Made by a program: the position numbers and the translations under genes. The notes beneath the pieces are model-generated. The model made no database searches, was not told the origin of the DNA, and saw nothing but the letters and a program-made list of their open reading frames with translations. Below are positions 37,178 through 45,598 of a stretch of DNA of 64,000 bases, piece after piece (the stretch's first letter is position 1; each line of letters starts with the position of its first letter). Location of the stretch: IMG/VR virus record IMGVR_UViG_3300037875_000559, positions 20,199-84,198 of that record; one strand, 5' to 3'. The DNA is from a virus.

Positions 37178-38533
37178 ATGCCTAAGTACAATTTAAATTT
37201 AGTACAACAAAGAGAGCAAGCCCGTCATGTTACTCAAGCTCTAAGTGCATATACTCGTTTAGCTAGAGAAGTTGTGAGTATGGGTGCTTCAGCGAAAGCA
37301 GACTCTAATCCAAAAAGAAGATTTACACAGCTTGCTAGATCCTCTTCAAAGGTGTCTGCTTTTTTAGATGCTTTTATAGGGCAACCTACAGACTATTCTG
37401 TGGCATATAGTTTTCGTGAGAAATGTATATATGCTCTTAGAGATCAGCTCTTAGGTTTAAAAACACAGGCTGAAGCCGAAGAAATAATTACTAAGAATGC
37501 AGAGAAGTCCTACATACAAATGTCTGTCTCTTCTGCTCAGAAGAACTTGAGAGGTCTTTTACCACCTGAAATAAAGGCGTTCTTACCTGAGAACATTGTG
37601 ATTGAGACTGACGATGACGGGTCTATTACAAGTATGACGGATGTTTTTGGTAATGAGAAAGACGACCTTCAAACTAAAGTCAATTTAGTTCGTAAAATTG
37701 TGACTGATTACAATAAGATTGTGAAACAGGTGAAGAAAGATCTAGCTTCAAAGAATGAGCGTACTAAGTTCAAGGCAATAGTGACTTCTATTCTTATGGA
37801 AACAGGAATCCGACCTGGACGAGAAGGAAATGCGTCTAAAGTAGCAGGGGTGCTAATAGAGACATTCGGGGCTGTAACTTTAGCTCCCGAACACATTACT
37901 TTTGTAAAAAGTAACCTTGCTGAGTTGAAGTTCGTGGGGAAGGCAGGGACTGTGAATGTTGCGTCTCTTTCAGATAATGCTGTGATTAGAGAACTCAAAA
38001 ACTACGCATTAAAAGCTTTAAAAGGTAAATTGAAGCGTGTTTTTGTAGATAGAAATGGTATTTCACTATCTCATGTAGAGATAAACTACTATTTCCAAGA
38101 ATACTTTGGGTCTATCCGACCTTCTGACTTGAGAAAATATAAAGCTACAGAGCAGATGTTTGAAGCATTGAAAGAAGAGCAACAGAAGTTACAGGCGAAT
38201 ATCTTAAAATTCGTAGATGAAGAGGCTGAAGACTTAAAAGAGCGAGTTCTGTCCGAAATAGTGAACACTTTGAATCTTGCAGTCGAGCGAGCGAAATCGT
38301 CTCTGAGTCATTTATCAGGAGCAGATACCGTTGGGTATTATATTAATCCCGATGTCGTCTTGTCTTTTCTCTCACAAGGATTTGTTGACGCAGACTTGAA
38401 GAGTGCGATCATTAAGAATGACCGTACTCTTTCTTTTGATGTGGATGTTTTTGTACAGCATGCACTTTCTAAGAGAGGTTCTTCTTCTCACAATCTGCTT
38501 TCTATTTTCACAGAAATCGAAAATATGTTTTAA
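37178..38533 (+). CDS. DNA topoisomerase IB
   Basis: Catalytic residues in order: TGIRPG (R), TFGAVTL...H, FVGKAG (K), DLRKYKAT (R), LSH...YYINP (H, Y). Confidence 0.85.
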   Translation: MPKYNLNLVQQREQARHVTQALSAYTRLAREVVSMGASAKADSNPKRRFTQLARSSSKVSAFLDAFIGQPTDYSVAYSFREKCIYALRDQLLGLKTQAEAEEIITKNAEKSYIQMSVSSAQKNLRGLLPPEIKAFLPENIVIETDDDGSITSMTDVFGNEKDDLQTKVNLVRKIVTDYNKIVKQVKKDLASKNERTKFKAIVTSILMETGIRPGREGNASKVAGVLIETFGAVTLAPEHITFVKSNLAELKFVGKAGTVNVASLSDNAVIRELKNYALKALKGKLKRVFVDRNGISLSHVEINYYFQEYFGSIRPSDLRKYKATEQMFEALKEEQQKLQANILKFVDEEAEDLKERVLSEIVNTLNLAVERAKSSLSHLSGADTVGYYINPDVVLSFLSQGFVDADLKSAIIKNDRTLSFDVDVFVQHALSKRGSSSHNLLSIFTEIENMF

Positions 38534-38576
38534 TCTTCGGTATGCTCCTTTATACAAAGACGAAGGAGGTGTTGTT

Positions 38577-38717
38577 TTGAAGCTGTCTGTTTTTTATTTA
38601 GTTCTGATTCTTATCTTTATTTCTGTTCTCTCTTTTGATGCCGGTTCTGAAACTAGCCAACCCCAAGAAATTCTTGAGGGTTCTGAGGATTACGAAGACT
38701 ATGGGTGTTTTAAATGA
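38577..38717 (+). CDS. Small membrane/secreted protein
   Basis: SD GGAGG before TTG 38577; hydrophobic N-term; acidic tail. Confidence 0.4.
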   Translation: MKLSVFYLVLILIFISVLSFDAGSETSQPQEILEGSEDYEDYGCFK

Positions 38718-39316
38718 AAGATAAAAACGATTTTGGTGGTGGAAATAAAAACTCTTTGTACATACCTATGTCAGAGATAGAGCAAGAGTTCATACAAAGG
38801 TTAGTTGAAACACAGAGCTTTAGACTTGTTATCCATGATTGGGGCTATGTGGAAGAGCCAAGAGTGACCTTTGGAGATAAGAATCTTCATGTGTTCTTTA
38901 AACTGTGTTTTGATCGTCCTGAGAACCCAATGCCTGTACATTATTTTGATTTGGAACTTCAGACAAGATCGGGTGTGACTCTCTCCAAGCAAAGGATGAA
39001 CACTGAATATGGAGGACAGCCTATTTTAGTGAAACAAGGTCTTGATCTTGATATGGTTTGGGATATAGCGATCAAACACATAGATCCTAAACTCTTAAAG
39101 TCTCTTATGCCTTCTGTTACAGGGCTTACTTCAAGACTTCAGGATAGAGATAACCATGAGTTTACAGTTTTCGGTAATATGCGATTAAACAGAGACTTGA
39201 AAGATAAGGCTCTTAAATTAAACCAAGCAGAGAAGAACTTGAAAAGTGTTGAGGCTCAGATCAGAGCAGATGCAAGAAAGAACCCTAGAAATATGTTTGA
39301 AAAAGTTGAGGATTAA
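38714..39316 (+). CDS. Hypothetical protein
   Basis: 200-aa ORF, ATGA-type coupling. Confidence 0.6.
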   Translation: MKDKNDFGGGNKNSLYIPMSEIEQEFIQRLVETQSFRLVIHDWGYVEEPRVTFGDKNLHVFFKLCFDRPENPMPVHYFDLELQTRSGVTLSKQRMNTEYGGQPILVKQGLDLDMVWDIAIKHIDPKLLKSLMPSVTGLTSRLQDRDNHEFTVFGNMRLNRDLKDKALKLNQAEKNLKSVEAQIRADARKNPRNMFEKVED

Positions 39317-39588
39317 GCTACTTCAAAAGAATGGTCTTTTTCCTTCTCTAAGAGAATACGGATGTCTGACATTATGCAGTACACTGCTTCAGACTTTCTC
39401 TTGTGTAAGTAAAAGCTAGGTATCCACCATTTATCGTATCTCTGATCTCCTTGCTCTACTATCTGTGTTAAAAACCCTATGTATTTCTCTTTTCTCTTTT
39501 CATCTTCCAACCCGAAGATCATTATTTTTGTGGTGTGTAAGATAATAAAATATCTTGTCTTGTATTTTTTGTTCAGATTTTTAATCAT
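39313..39588 (-). CDS. Hypothetical protein
   Basis: Overlap-coupled ORF at the end of the minus-strand run. Confidence 0.45.
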   Translation of the reverse strand: MIKNLNKKYKTRYFIILHTTKIMIFGLEDEKRKEKYIGFLTQIVEQGDQRYDKWWIPSFYLHKRKSEAVYCIMSDIRILLEKEKDHSFEVA

Positions 39589-40003
39589 TCGATACTCTCA
39601 CAAGGTTATAATTCTCTCTCCAAGCAGAGATTATTATATAGTTTAATGTAGAATTTTCGATTGAAAAACAATCTGGCATTTTTTTATGGTCTATCTTGCA
39701 ATAACTCTTATGAAAAGAAGCACACTCTTTAGAAGACGCACATATTTTATTTACAGGAGCTAGTTTTAAGCATCCTTTTGGATCTCTCACTTCCCTCATT
39801 AGAGGTGTGGTATCTCCATGTATTGCTCTGTCTAAAAGACTTTCAGAAATAAGAGGAATGAGGTTTTCCCATTCTGATCCCTCTAGCTCCTTAAACACCC
39901 CCCAAGGGTCTTCGTTTACGGGCATTATTCTAGCTATTTTTGGGTTTGACCATATTTTGTCTTTGAGGGTCATAAATACTATCCCGTCTCTTTTGTAAAT
40001 CAA
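39581..40003 (-). CDS. Hypothetical Cys-rich protein
   Basis: C-x8-C-x5-C-x7-C-x9-C cluster. Confidence 0.55.
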   Translation of the reverse strand: MIYKRDGIVFMTLKDKIWSNPKIARIMPVNEDPWGVFKELEGSEWENLIPLISESLLDRAIHGDTTPLMREVRDPKGCLKLAPVNKICASSKECASFHKSYCKIDHKKMPDCFSIENSTLNYIIISAWRENYNLVRVSND

Positions 40004-40317
40004 TGGACTTCTCCTTTCCTTTTTTCAATGTCTCCTAGTATTTTTTCTACTACCTCATCGTTCATTGTTTCTTCAGAACTTAAATACTCAACCACCTCTT
40101 CTGAAGCAGACCCTATCAGAGCTAGTATTTCTCTCCGTTGCCCCTCCTCTTCAGAGTGTACTATTACTTTTAAGTGTGGAAAATAGTATTCTATTCCAAG
40201 TTTCATCCCTATATTTATCCAAATTCGGATTAGCTCCTCTGAAGTTTCTGCTTCAGAAGTTAATGCCGATATCGTTCTATCGAATAAACTCTTAAGTTCT
40301 TCGTTTGTAAAATCCAT
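40000..40317 (-). CDS. Hypothetical acidic protein
   Basis: SD GAGGT; coupled ORF. Confidence 0.55.
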   Translation of the reverse strand: MDFTNEELKSLFDRTISALTSEAETSEELIRIWINIGMKLGIEYYFPHLKVIVHSEEEGQRREILALIGSASEEVVEYLSSEETMNDEVVEKILGDIEKRKGEVH

Positions 40318-40328
40318 GTTTTTTTACC

Positions 40329-40853
40329 TCAAGGTATTTTCTTTAAAAGCGTATACCAATGTTTAGACGATTGAAGATCTAATGATTTTATCAAGTCGAA
40401 TGCTTCCCATAGTTTGATTGCAGTCGAGAGTTCTATTTCTCTCTTTGTCGTTTTGTCTTTTAATATCTGATGTGTTCTTTTAGCGAGGTTTTCTATTTCT
40501 ATTGTGTTTGGGTTTTTGTCCGTATTTTCTTCAACATAGAGATCTTTCTTTCTCGTCTGAACCCAACCACTCAAGCCATACTTCTTCTCTAAGAGAGTGC
40601 AGGATTCAGAAAAAGAGAGACCTTCTTTTTCTAATACTGTTGAAATTGCATCTCTACTTTTCCCACAAGCAAAACAAAACCAACTGCTTGTTTGAGGGTA
40701 AACTCTAGCGGAAGGTGCATTGTCCTGCCCATCTCCATGCAGATCGCACCTAAACTGTTGCTCTCCTCCTCCTTCATAAACATCGTACCCATACCCTTGA
40801 AGTACGGACTCTATGCTTATTTCTTCTTTGATTCTATCTGCTCTTTTGTTCAT
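40329..40853 (-). CDS. Stand-alone primase-type CHC2 zinc-finger protein
   Basis: CDLH.....DNAPSARVY....WFCFACG..DAI; no TOPRIM domain. Confidence 0.8.
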   Translation of the reverse strand: MNKRADRIKEEISIESVLQGYGYDVYEGGGEQQFRCDLHGDGQDNAPSARVYPQTSSWFCFACGKSRDAISTVLEKEGLSFSESCTLLEKKYGLSGWVQTRKKDLYVEENTDKNPNTIEIENLAKRTHQILKDKTTKREIELSTAIKLWEAFDLIKSLDLQSSKHWYTLLKKIP

Positions 40854-40922
40854 TTCTACTTCCTTTGTTTTTCTTTTATCTCTCTATATCGTTACTAAGA
40901 GAAGAAAAGATGGAGATTAATT

Positions 40923-41441
40923 ATGAAGTCTGTAGAGTCTTACACTTATGATGGAGTGTTACAGTATGAAGAGTACTCTAGGGGTCTAGATGTTGGTGTT
41001 ACACTATACGCTAATGATAGTGAAATAGGCTACATTCGGGGGCAGAAACTCAATTATAATAACTTTGAGAGCTTACAAAAAGCTAAGACTTGCTACAAGG
41101 ATGTTATCCATCTTGCAGGTCTGGGTGGGAAATCTGTGTGCGATACGGTAAAAGGTACTTCTTGCCTTTTACCTAGAGTTTTTATGATTACAGATGTAGA
41201 ATTAGAGAGTTATGACGACCAAGGAGTGAAGCTTAGAGGTCTTGGTCTTGGTAAGATTCTCTATGAGGTTATTTTTACAGAGTTTTTTGAGGAGAATGGG
41301 GATTTCATTGCAGTTCCAATGAAATGTATTTTCGGAAGAGATAATACTTCTCCTGACGCACAAAGAGTGTGGGACTCTCTTGCTAGAAATCTGGAATCTT
41401 CTTCGGATCTAGTTCTTGTAGATAGGGCTTTGCACTTTTAG
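40923..41441 (+). CDS. GNAT-like acetyltransferase (paralog 3)
   Basis: LRGLGLGKILY; FIAVP.KC...TSPDAQRVWDSLAR. Confidence 0.7.
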   Translation: MKSVESYTYDGVLQYEEYSRGLDVGVTLYANDSEIGYIRGQKLNYNNFESLQKAKTCYKDVIHLAGLGGKSVCDTVKGTSCLLPRVFMITDVELESYDDQGVKLRGLGLGKILYEVIFTEFFEENGDFIAVPMKCIFGRDNTSPDAQRVWDSLARNLESSSDLVLVDRALHF

Positions 41442-41782
41442 TCTTTCTCCCACCAATCGTCAAAACTGCCAAAAGGGATAAGGTCGTATATTTCTACAGG
41501 TATGCTACCAACACAATCATAGCTGAACCACTCACCACTCCCTCTCCACCTTTTAAGTGTCTCATGAAGTTCCTTTTCTCTCCACCCTAATCCTTCCAAA
41601 GATATAATTATTTTCAGAGTGTTAGGGTTACCTGTTTGTAAGTTCTTCAACCTTTTCTGAGGGTGCTTAGACCTGCCTATCTTTATTTCTCCTGTCTTTG
41701 ATGATTGTATGAAATAAAGACAGTCGCCTTTTCTTTTCAGTTTGCTTTTTTTGTAACTAACTATTAGATCATCGTAGTTCAT
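41438..41782 (-). CDS. GIY-YIG-related T5orf172/MUG113-type protein
   Basis: LYFIQ...IKIGRS..PQKRLKNLQTGNP...EKELH...GEWF. Confidence 0.85.
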   Translation of the reverse strand: MNYDDLIVSYKKSKLKRKGDCLYFIQSSKTGEIKIGRSKHPQKRLKNLQTGNPNTLKIIISLEGLGWREKELHETLKRWRGSGEWFSYDCVGSIPVEIYDLIPFGSFDDWWEKD

Positions 41783-41784
41783 TC

Positions 41785-42936
41785 TTATACTCCAAAGAAG
41801 TTGTCTTGTTTTTTGGAACGGTCTTCTTGTCCTTTTAAAAGTCTAGTCCCATCTCCAATATATTCGTGAGAATAGCAGAGTCGATCAGCATGGGCTTCAT
41901 AGTCAAAGCTTGTGTAAGCACCACGCTTTTTGGAGTTATTAGAACCCATTCCTTGATAACTGTTCTTTCTACTCACTTTATTCATGCTTGTTGGCTTCCA
42001 TATTTCAGAGTTATTTCTATGTTCCCCTAGCTTTGGGTGAGCTGTTTTAGAGAAATAACGGCAACCCCTATCATAAAACATCTTTGCTACTGCATTTGAG
42101 AGCTTAGATCCTAGTCCCATCCCTTGAAAATCTGGTAAGATCACAGTCCTATGCTCTCTCCAAGCATTTCTCAAATCTCTGCTAGGGAAAGGGATAGCCG
42201 ATCCAAACCCACAAATCGTGTCATGCTCATTAACAAGCAACCAACAGTGAGCCGACTTATTTATTTCAGAGCTTAAATAGTGATGGTCGCAGAAGACTGA
42301 CCACGCTTCGGTCGAGCAAGGTAGGACTCTAAAATCTGAAGAGAGCCTTTCCGACCTCCCTTCTACGAGCCGTCTCGTTAACGTGTTAGCCACCCAATCA
42401 GGCTCTAACCAATTAATAACATCTTCGTGACAGGTGGCAATGACTACATTTCTATAGCCATAGTGGTCTATTACGTTTCTTACACCTACAGAAATAGAGT
42501 GAGCTAAGTCTCTATTACACACAGATGTAAACTCATCTATCACACAGCCGTCTTTCAGACTTATGGCTATCTCCGCTCTGTGTTTTTCTCCTGTAGAGAG
42601 GACATGGTAAGGTCTGCAAAGAGAGGGTATGGAAGATAATCCTATTTTCATAAGTAGATTGGGTTCTACTTGTGAAGCTATAGCTAAGTTCCCCTTCCAA
42701 ACTATTTCTTTCACCCCTCCCATTTCTTTAAGGAGAGTTGATTTACCGCTTCCACTAGGGCCGAAAATAACTCCAAGTGAGAAATCTTGAGGTACTTTAA
42801 AAGTAGGTACTGTGAAAGAGCTTTCTCCATTAAACCTATAGTCTGAAACTTCGGCTACTCTCTGAATGGTAGGTTCTAGGTCTACTTTTGAGGTGAGGGT
42901 TTGCCCTCCTATTTTTCTATAATTAAATAAGTCCAA
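41785..42936 (-). CDS. ABC-type ATPase fused to GNAT acyltransferase
   Basis: Walker A GPSGSGKST, signature LSTGEKHR, Walker B IDEFTS, ATCH loop; C-term RTVILPDFQGMGLG; no TM partner. Confidence 0.85.
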   Translation of the reverse strand: MDLFNYRKIGGQTLTSKVDLEPTIQRVAEVSDYRFNGESSFTVPTFKVPQDFSLGVIFGPSGSGKSTLLKEMGGVKEIVWKGNLAIASQVEPNLLMKIGLSSIPSLCRPYHVLSTGEKHRAEIAISLKDGCVIDEFTSVCNRDLAHSISVGVRNVIDHYGYRNVVIATCHEDVINWLEPDWVANTLTRRLVEGRSERLSSDFRVLPCSTEAWSVFCDHHYLSSEINKSAHCWLLVNEHDTICGFGSAIPFPSRDLRNAWREHRTVILPDFQGMGLGSKLSNAVAKMFYDRGCRYFSKTAHPKLGEHRNNSEIWKPTSMNKVSRKNSYQGMGSNNSKKRGAYTSFDYEAHADRLCYSHEYIGDGTRLLKGQEDRSKKQDNFFGV

Positions 42937-42938
42937 TT

Positions 42939-44120
42939 TTAAACTCCAAAAAAGTTCTCAGTTTTATATTTAGGTTCAGGAGCTACACCTTTACTCCAAA
43001 TCCAAATTGGTTCGCCAAAAGGCTTTGTTGTTTTTTGCCCCCCACGCTGATAAAGCTCGTAGCCGATTACACCTTCGTAATGAGCGTTAAGATTTTCCAT
43101 ATGTTTGAGCATCGGCTCACATAGGTTTATGTTTTTTTTGTCGTTGATATTAATACACATACGACCACCTTCAGATAAATGCTTCCAACACTTTGTTAGG
43201 GTTGGAAATAGAAAACCCTCTAGCCATTTTTCAGGTGTCGTGTATCGCTTCCAACTTTGTGTCTCTTCTTCACTATATCGTTCAATGTTGAAATAAGGAG
43301 GAGAGGTAAATACAAAATCAAACTCTCTCTCTCCAAGATCAACATCTTCAGCAGGAGAACAGATAAACTCTGTTTTCTTTTTTGTGTTACAGAAATCAGA
43401 AATAGCTTCATATTTCTCATGGAGTTTAGTGTTTGGATCTATGCCTACATAAGAAATAGCGTTTGAAGCATGGAAGCCTACGAGCCGATCTCCCCATCCT
43501 GCTGAGAAATCGAGAACATTCTTAGCATCAAAGAACTCGTATATCCATTTCGCAACTACAGGTCTAAACTGTTGAGCCATATAAGAATGGCTCATGATAG
43601 CTCTCCTTAAAGTCTGGCTGTTTATGCCACCTCTAGTGTAAGGTTCATCGCTTCTAAACCCAAAGAACCCTCTGAGGAAGTTGTTTTTCTTATCTGAGTT
43701 CTCCCACTCATATATAGGAGACTTACTTGAATGATAACCACAGCCCATTCTTATTATTTGTGTGAATTGATCTGAGACTGTCTTGCCTCTGTTATTTCCA
43801 AAGACTAAAAGAGGTTGGTCTGAGAACTTACAATCTAAGCCTTTTACTTGTCGTGGGTTTTCCCACTCTATGTTTTTTATTTCTATTTCTGCCTGTTTTA
43901 GTTTCAGCCAGTCTTTTTTAACTTCGTTTATTTCATATTCTCGTAAAGGGAATGGTAGCTTTTTTATTTCTTCTGATAGGTGTGTTTTTATTTCTTCTTC
44001 AGAGAAATAGTGAAGTAAGTTATCCCATTCTTTTGTAGAAATATAAAGACGATCTTCTATTACGGTAGAGTACTCCGTTATTTCTTTTTTAGGATCTCGT
44101 TCTAAATCAAAGAACATCAA
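42939..44120 (-). CDS. Amino-type DNA methyltransferase (paralog A)
   Basis: VLDFSAGWGDRL (motif I), YVGIDPN, FTSPPYF (motif IV). Confidence 0.85.
   Translation of the reverse strand: MMFFDLERDPKKEITEYSTVIEDRLYISTKEWDNLLHYFSEEEIKTHLSEEIKKLPFPLREYEINEVKKDWLKLKQAEIEIKNIEWENPRQVKGLDCKFSDQPLLVFGNNRGKTVSDQFTQIIRMGCGYHSSKSPIYEWENSDKKNNFLRGFFGFRSDEPYTRGGINSQTLRRAIMSHSYMAQQFRPVVAKWIYEFFDAKNVLDFSAGWGDRLVGFHASNAISYVGIDPNTKLHEKYEAISDFCNTKKKTEFICSPAEDVDLGEREFDFVFTSPPYFNIERYSEEETQSWKRYTTPEKWLEGFLFPTLTKCWKHLSEGGRMCININDKKNINLCEPMLKHMENLNAHYEGVIGYELYQRGGQKTTKPFGEPIWIWSKGVAPEPKYKTENFFGV
43486..43529 (+). repeat. Direct repeat (44 nt identical to 46167-46210) within the duplicated MTase core
   Basis: CGATCTCCCCATCCTGCTGAGAAATCGAGAACATTCTTAGCATC at both loci; also 43387-43427 = 46068-46108. 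Confidence 0.9.
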
Positions 44121-44881
44121 AAGAAATACTCCTGTGTTTGACTCAATCTCTTTTGAGCTATCTTGAAATAATCTTCGTTAATCTCCGACCCTATGTATTT
44201 CCTTTTAGTAAGTTTAGCCATCTTAGCCGTAGTTCCTGAACCTAAGAATGGGTCATAAACTACGTCTTCTTCATAGGAGTAGTAAGAAATAACTTTAGCA
44301 GGGAGTTCTTCTGGGAAGGGAGCTGAATGTTTACTGTGTGTTTCGGGGTTCATTTTCCAAACATTAGTTCGCTCGAAATACTCACTAATCGTTGAACCCT
44401 CTTTCGTGTAGTGTTCTATGTTCTTACTTGCATTAGTTTTGAATACTAATATGTACTCGGTAATGATATTTGGTTTGTAAGTGTAAGGTCTTCTATTAAG
44501 AGAAAAAGAGTGACCTAATCTGTTGAAAACCGCACCTTCGGGTTTGATCCAAATAATGTCTTCCATAAACTTAAACCCTATTTCTTCCATCATAGGTACA
44601 AAGTAATATGGGAGAGGTATGCGACTACTTTCTTTATTTCTGTTCTCTCTAGCTACAATGACAGGGGATATGTTGACTACACAAAATCGGCACTCTTTAA
44701 GAGTTCTCTCGACTTCTGTGAATATATTTCTCATGGTTTCCATGTAGCTTTTCACAGTTTTATATTGAGAGTATTCTCTAGCATTAAAATAAGGTGGGCT
44801 AGTAACTACTAAGTCTATTGAGTTATCTTTCATTCTGCTCATGGTGTCTAAGCAGGACTCATTAAATATCGTATTTTTCAT
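44117..44881 (-). CDS. N4-C/N6-A DNA methyltransferase (beta class)
   Basis: VTSPPY precedes HSAPFP and YDPFLGSGTT. Confidence 0.9.
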   Translation of the reverse strand: MKNTIFNESCLDTMSRMKDNSIDLVVTSPPYFNAREYSQYKTVKSYMETMRNIFTEVERTLKECRFCVVNISPVIVARENRNKESSRIPLPYYFVPMMEEIGFKFMEDIIWIKPEGAVFNRLGHSFSLNRRPYTYKPNIITEYILVFKTNASKNIEHYTKEGSTISEYFERTNVWKMNPETHSKHSAPFPEELPAKVISYYSYEEDVVYDPFLGSGTTAKMAKLTKRKYIGSEINEDYFKIAQKRLSQTQEYFF

Positions 44882-44884
44882 TTC

Positions 44885-45595
44885 TTAAATTCCAAATAAA
44901 TCTACTTGTTTATCAATCTTCATATTTTTAAGCCAAACTGCTTCTTGGAAGTTTTCTGCTTTTAACCCTTTCACTTCTGTAAGAGGTTCAAAAGGTAGCC
45001 ACGAAGCACCCTGTTTCTCACAAACAATTACCTCACCCACACGCTCTTGACACCAATCTGAAAGGTGTTGGAAATCTATGTTCTTTGAACTGTGTCTGTA
45101 ATATATCCCTGCTTCTTCATAAGGGGGGTCAATGAACCAAGTGGCTTCTAGGTTCTCTATTTCTCCATAAGACTTGCACTCGATTTTCCAATGCTTGATC
45201 TTGTAGAGATTAGAAGATATGAGCTTCTTTTTGTAGTTTTGTGTGTTCGGTCTTATTTCTGTTTTCCATTTAGAAGGAGATTTCTTAGGTTGTGTTGCTC
45301 CTCCTGTAATAATAAACCCGACAAGATGAGACGCTTCTTTACAATCCCAAGTAAAGTCATCTACGTTGTCTCCGACTTTCAATTCGGGTAGAGACAAGAT
45401 GTCTTTTGGGCTACATTGTTGTAGCCATTTCCAAATATTTACAATCACTTCATACTTGTCGTATATTTCTATATCTCGATCAAAGTATTTCAGAGCATAT
45501 TGAGCCGTACCTGCGAAGGGTTCAATAATCTTGTCTTTTGTAGGCTTCGGGTATTTCTCTATGATCTTAGATTTTGAACCATAATACCCCCACAT
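44885..45595 (-). CDS. Dam/D12-like adenine DNA methyltransferase
   Basis: YYGSKSK, EPFAG, FIDPPY. Confidence 0.85.
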   Translation of the reverse strand: MWGYYGSKSKIIEKYPKPTKDKIIEPFAGTAQYALKYFDRDIEIYDKYEVIVNIWKWLQQCSPKDILSLPELKVGDNVDDFTWDCKEASHLVGFIITGGATQPKKSPSKWKTEIRPNTQNYKKKLISSNLYKIKHWKIECKSYGEIENLEATWFIDPPYEEAGIYYRHSSKNIDFQHLSDWCQERVGEVIVCEKQGASWLPFEPLTEVKGLKAENFQEAVWLKNMKIDKQVDLFGI

Positions 45596-45598
45596 ACA

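Noticed and set aside
41438-41782. T5orf172-type gene as the cognate restriction endonuclease of the MTase cluster
   Set aside because: It is a small stand-alone domain common in phages, and nothing in the sequence ties it to a specific MTase.
41785-42936. ABC transporter subunit
   Set aside because: No permease or binding-protein genes are nearby, and it is fused to a GNAT domain inside a DNA-modification cluster.
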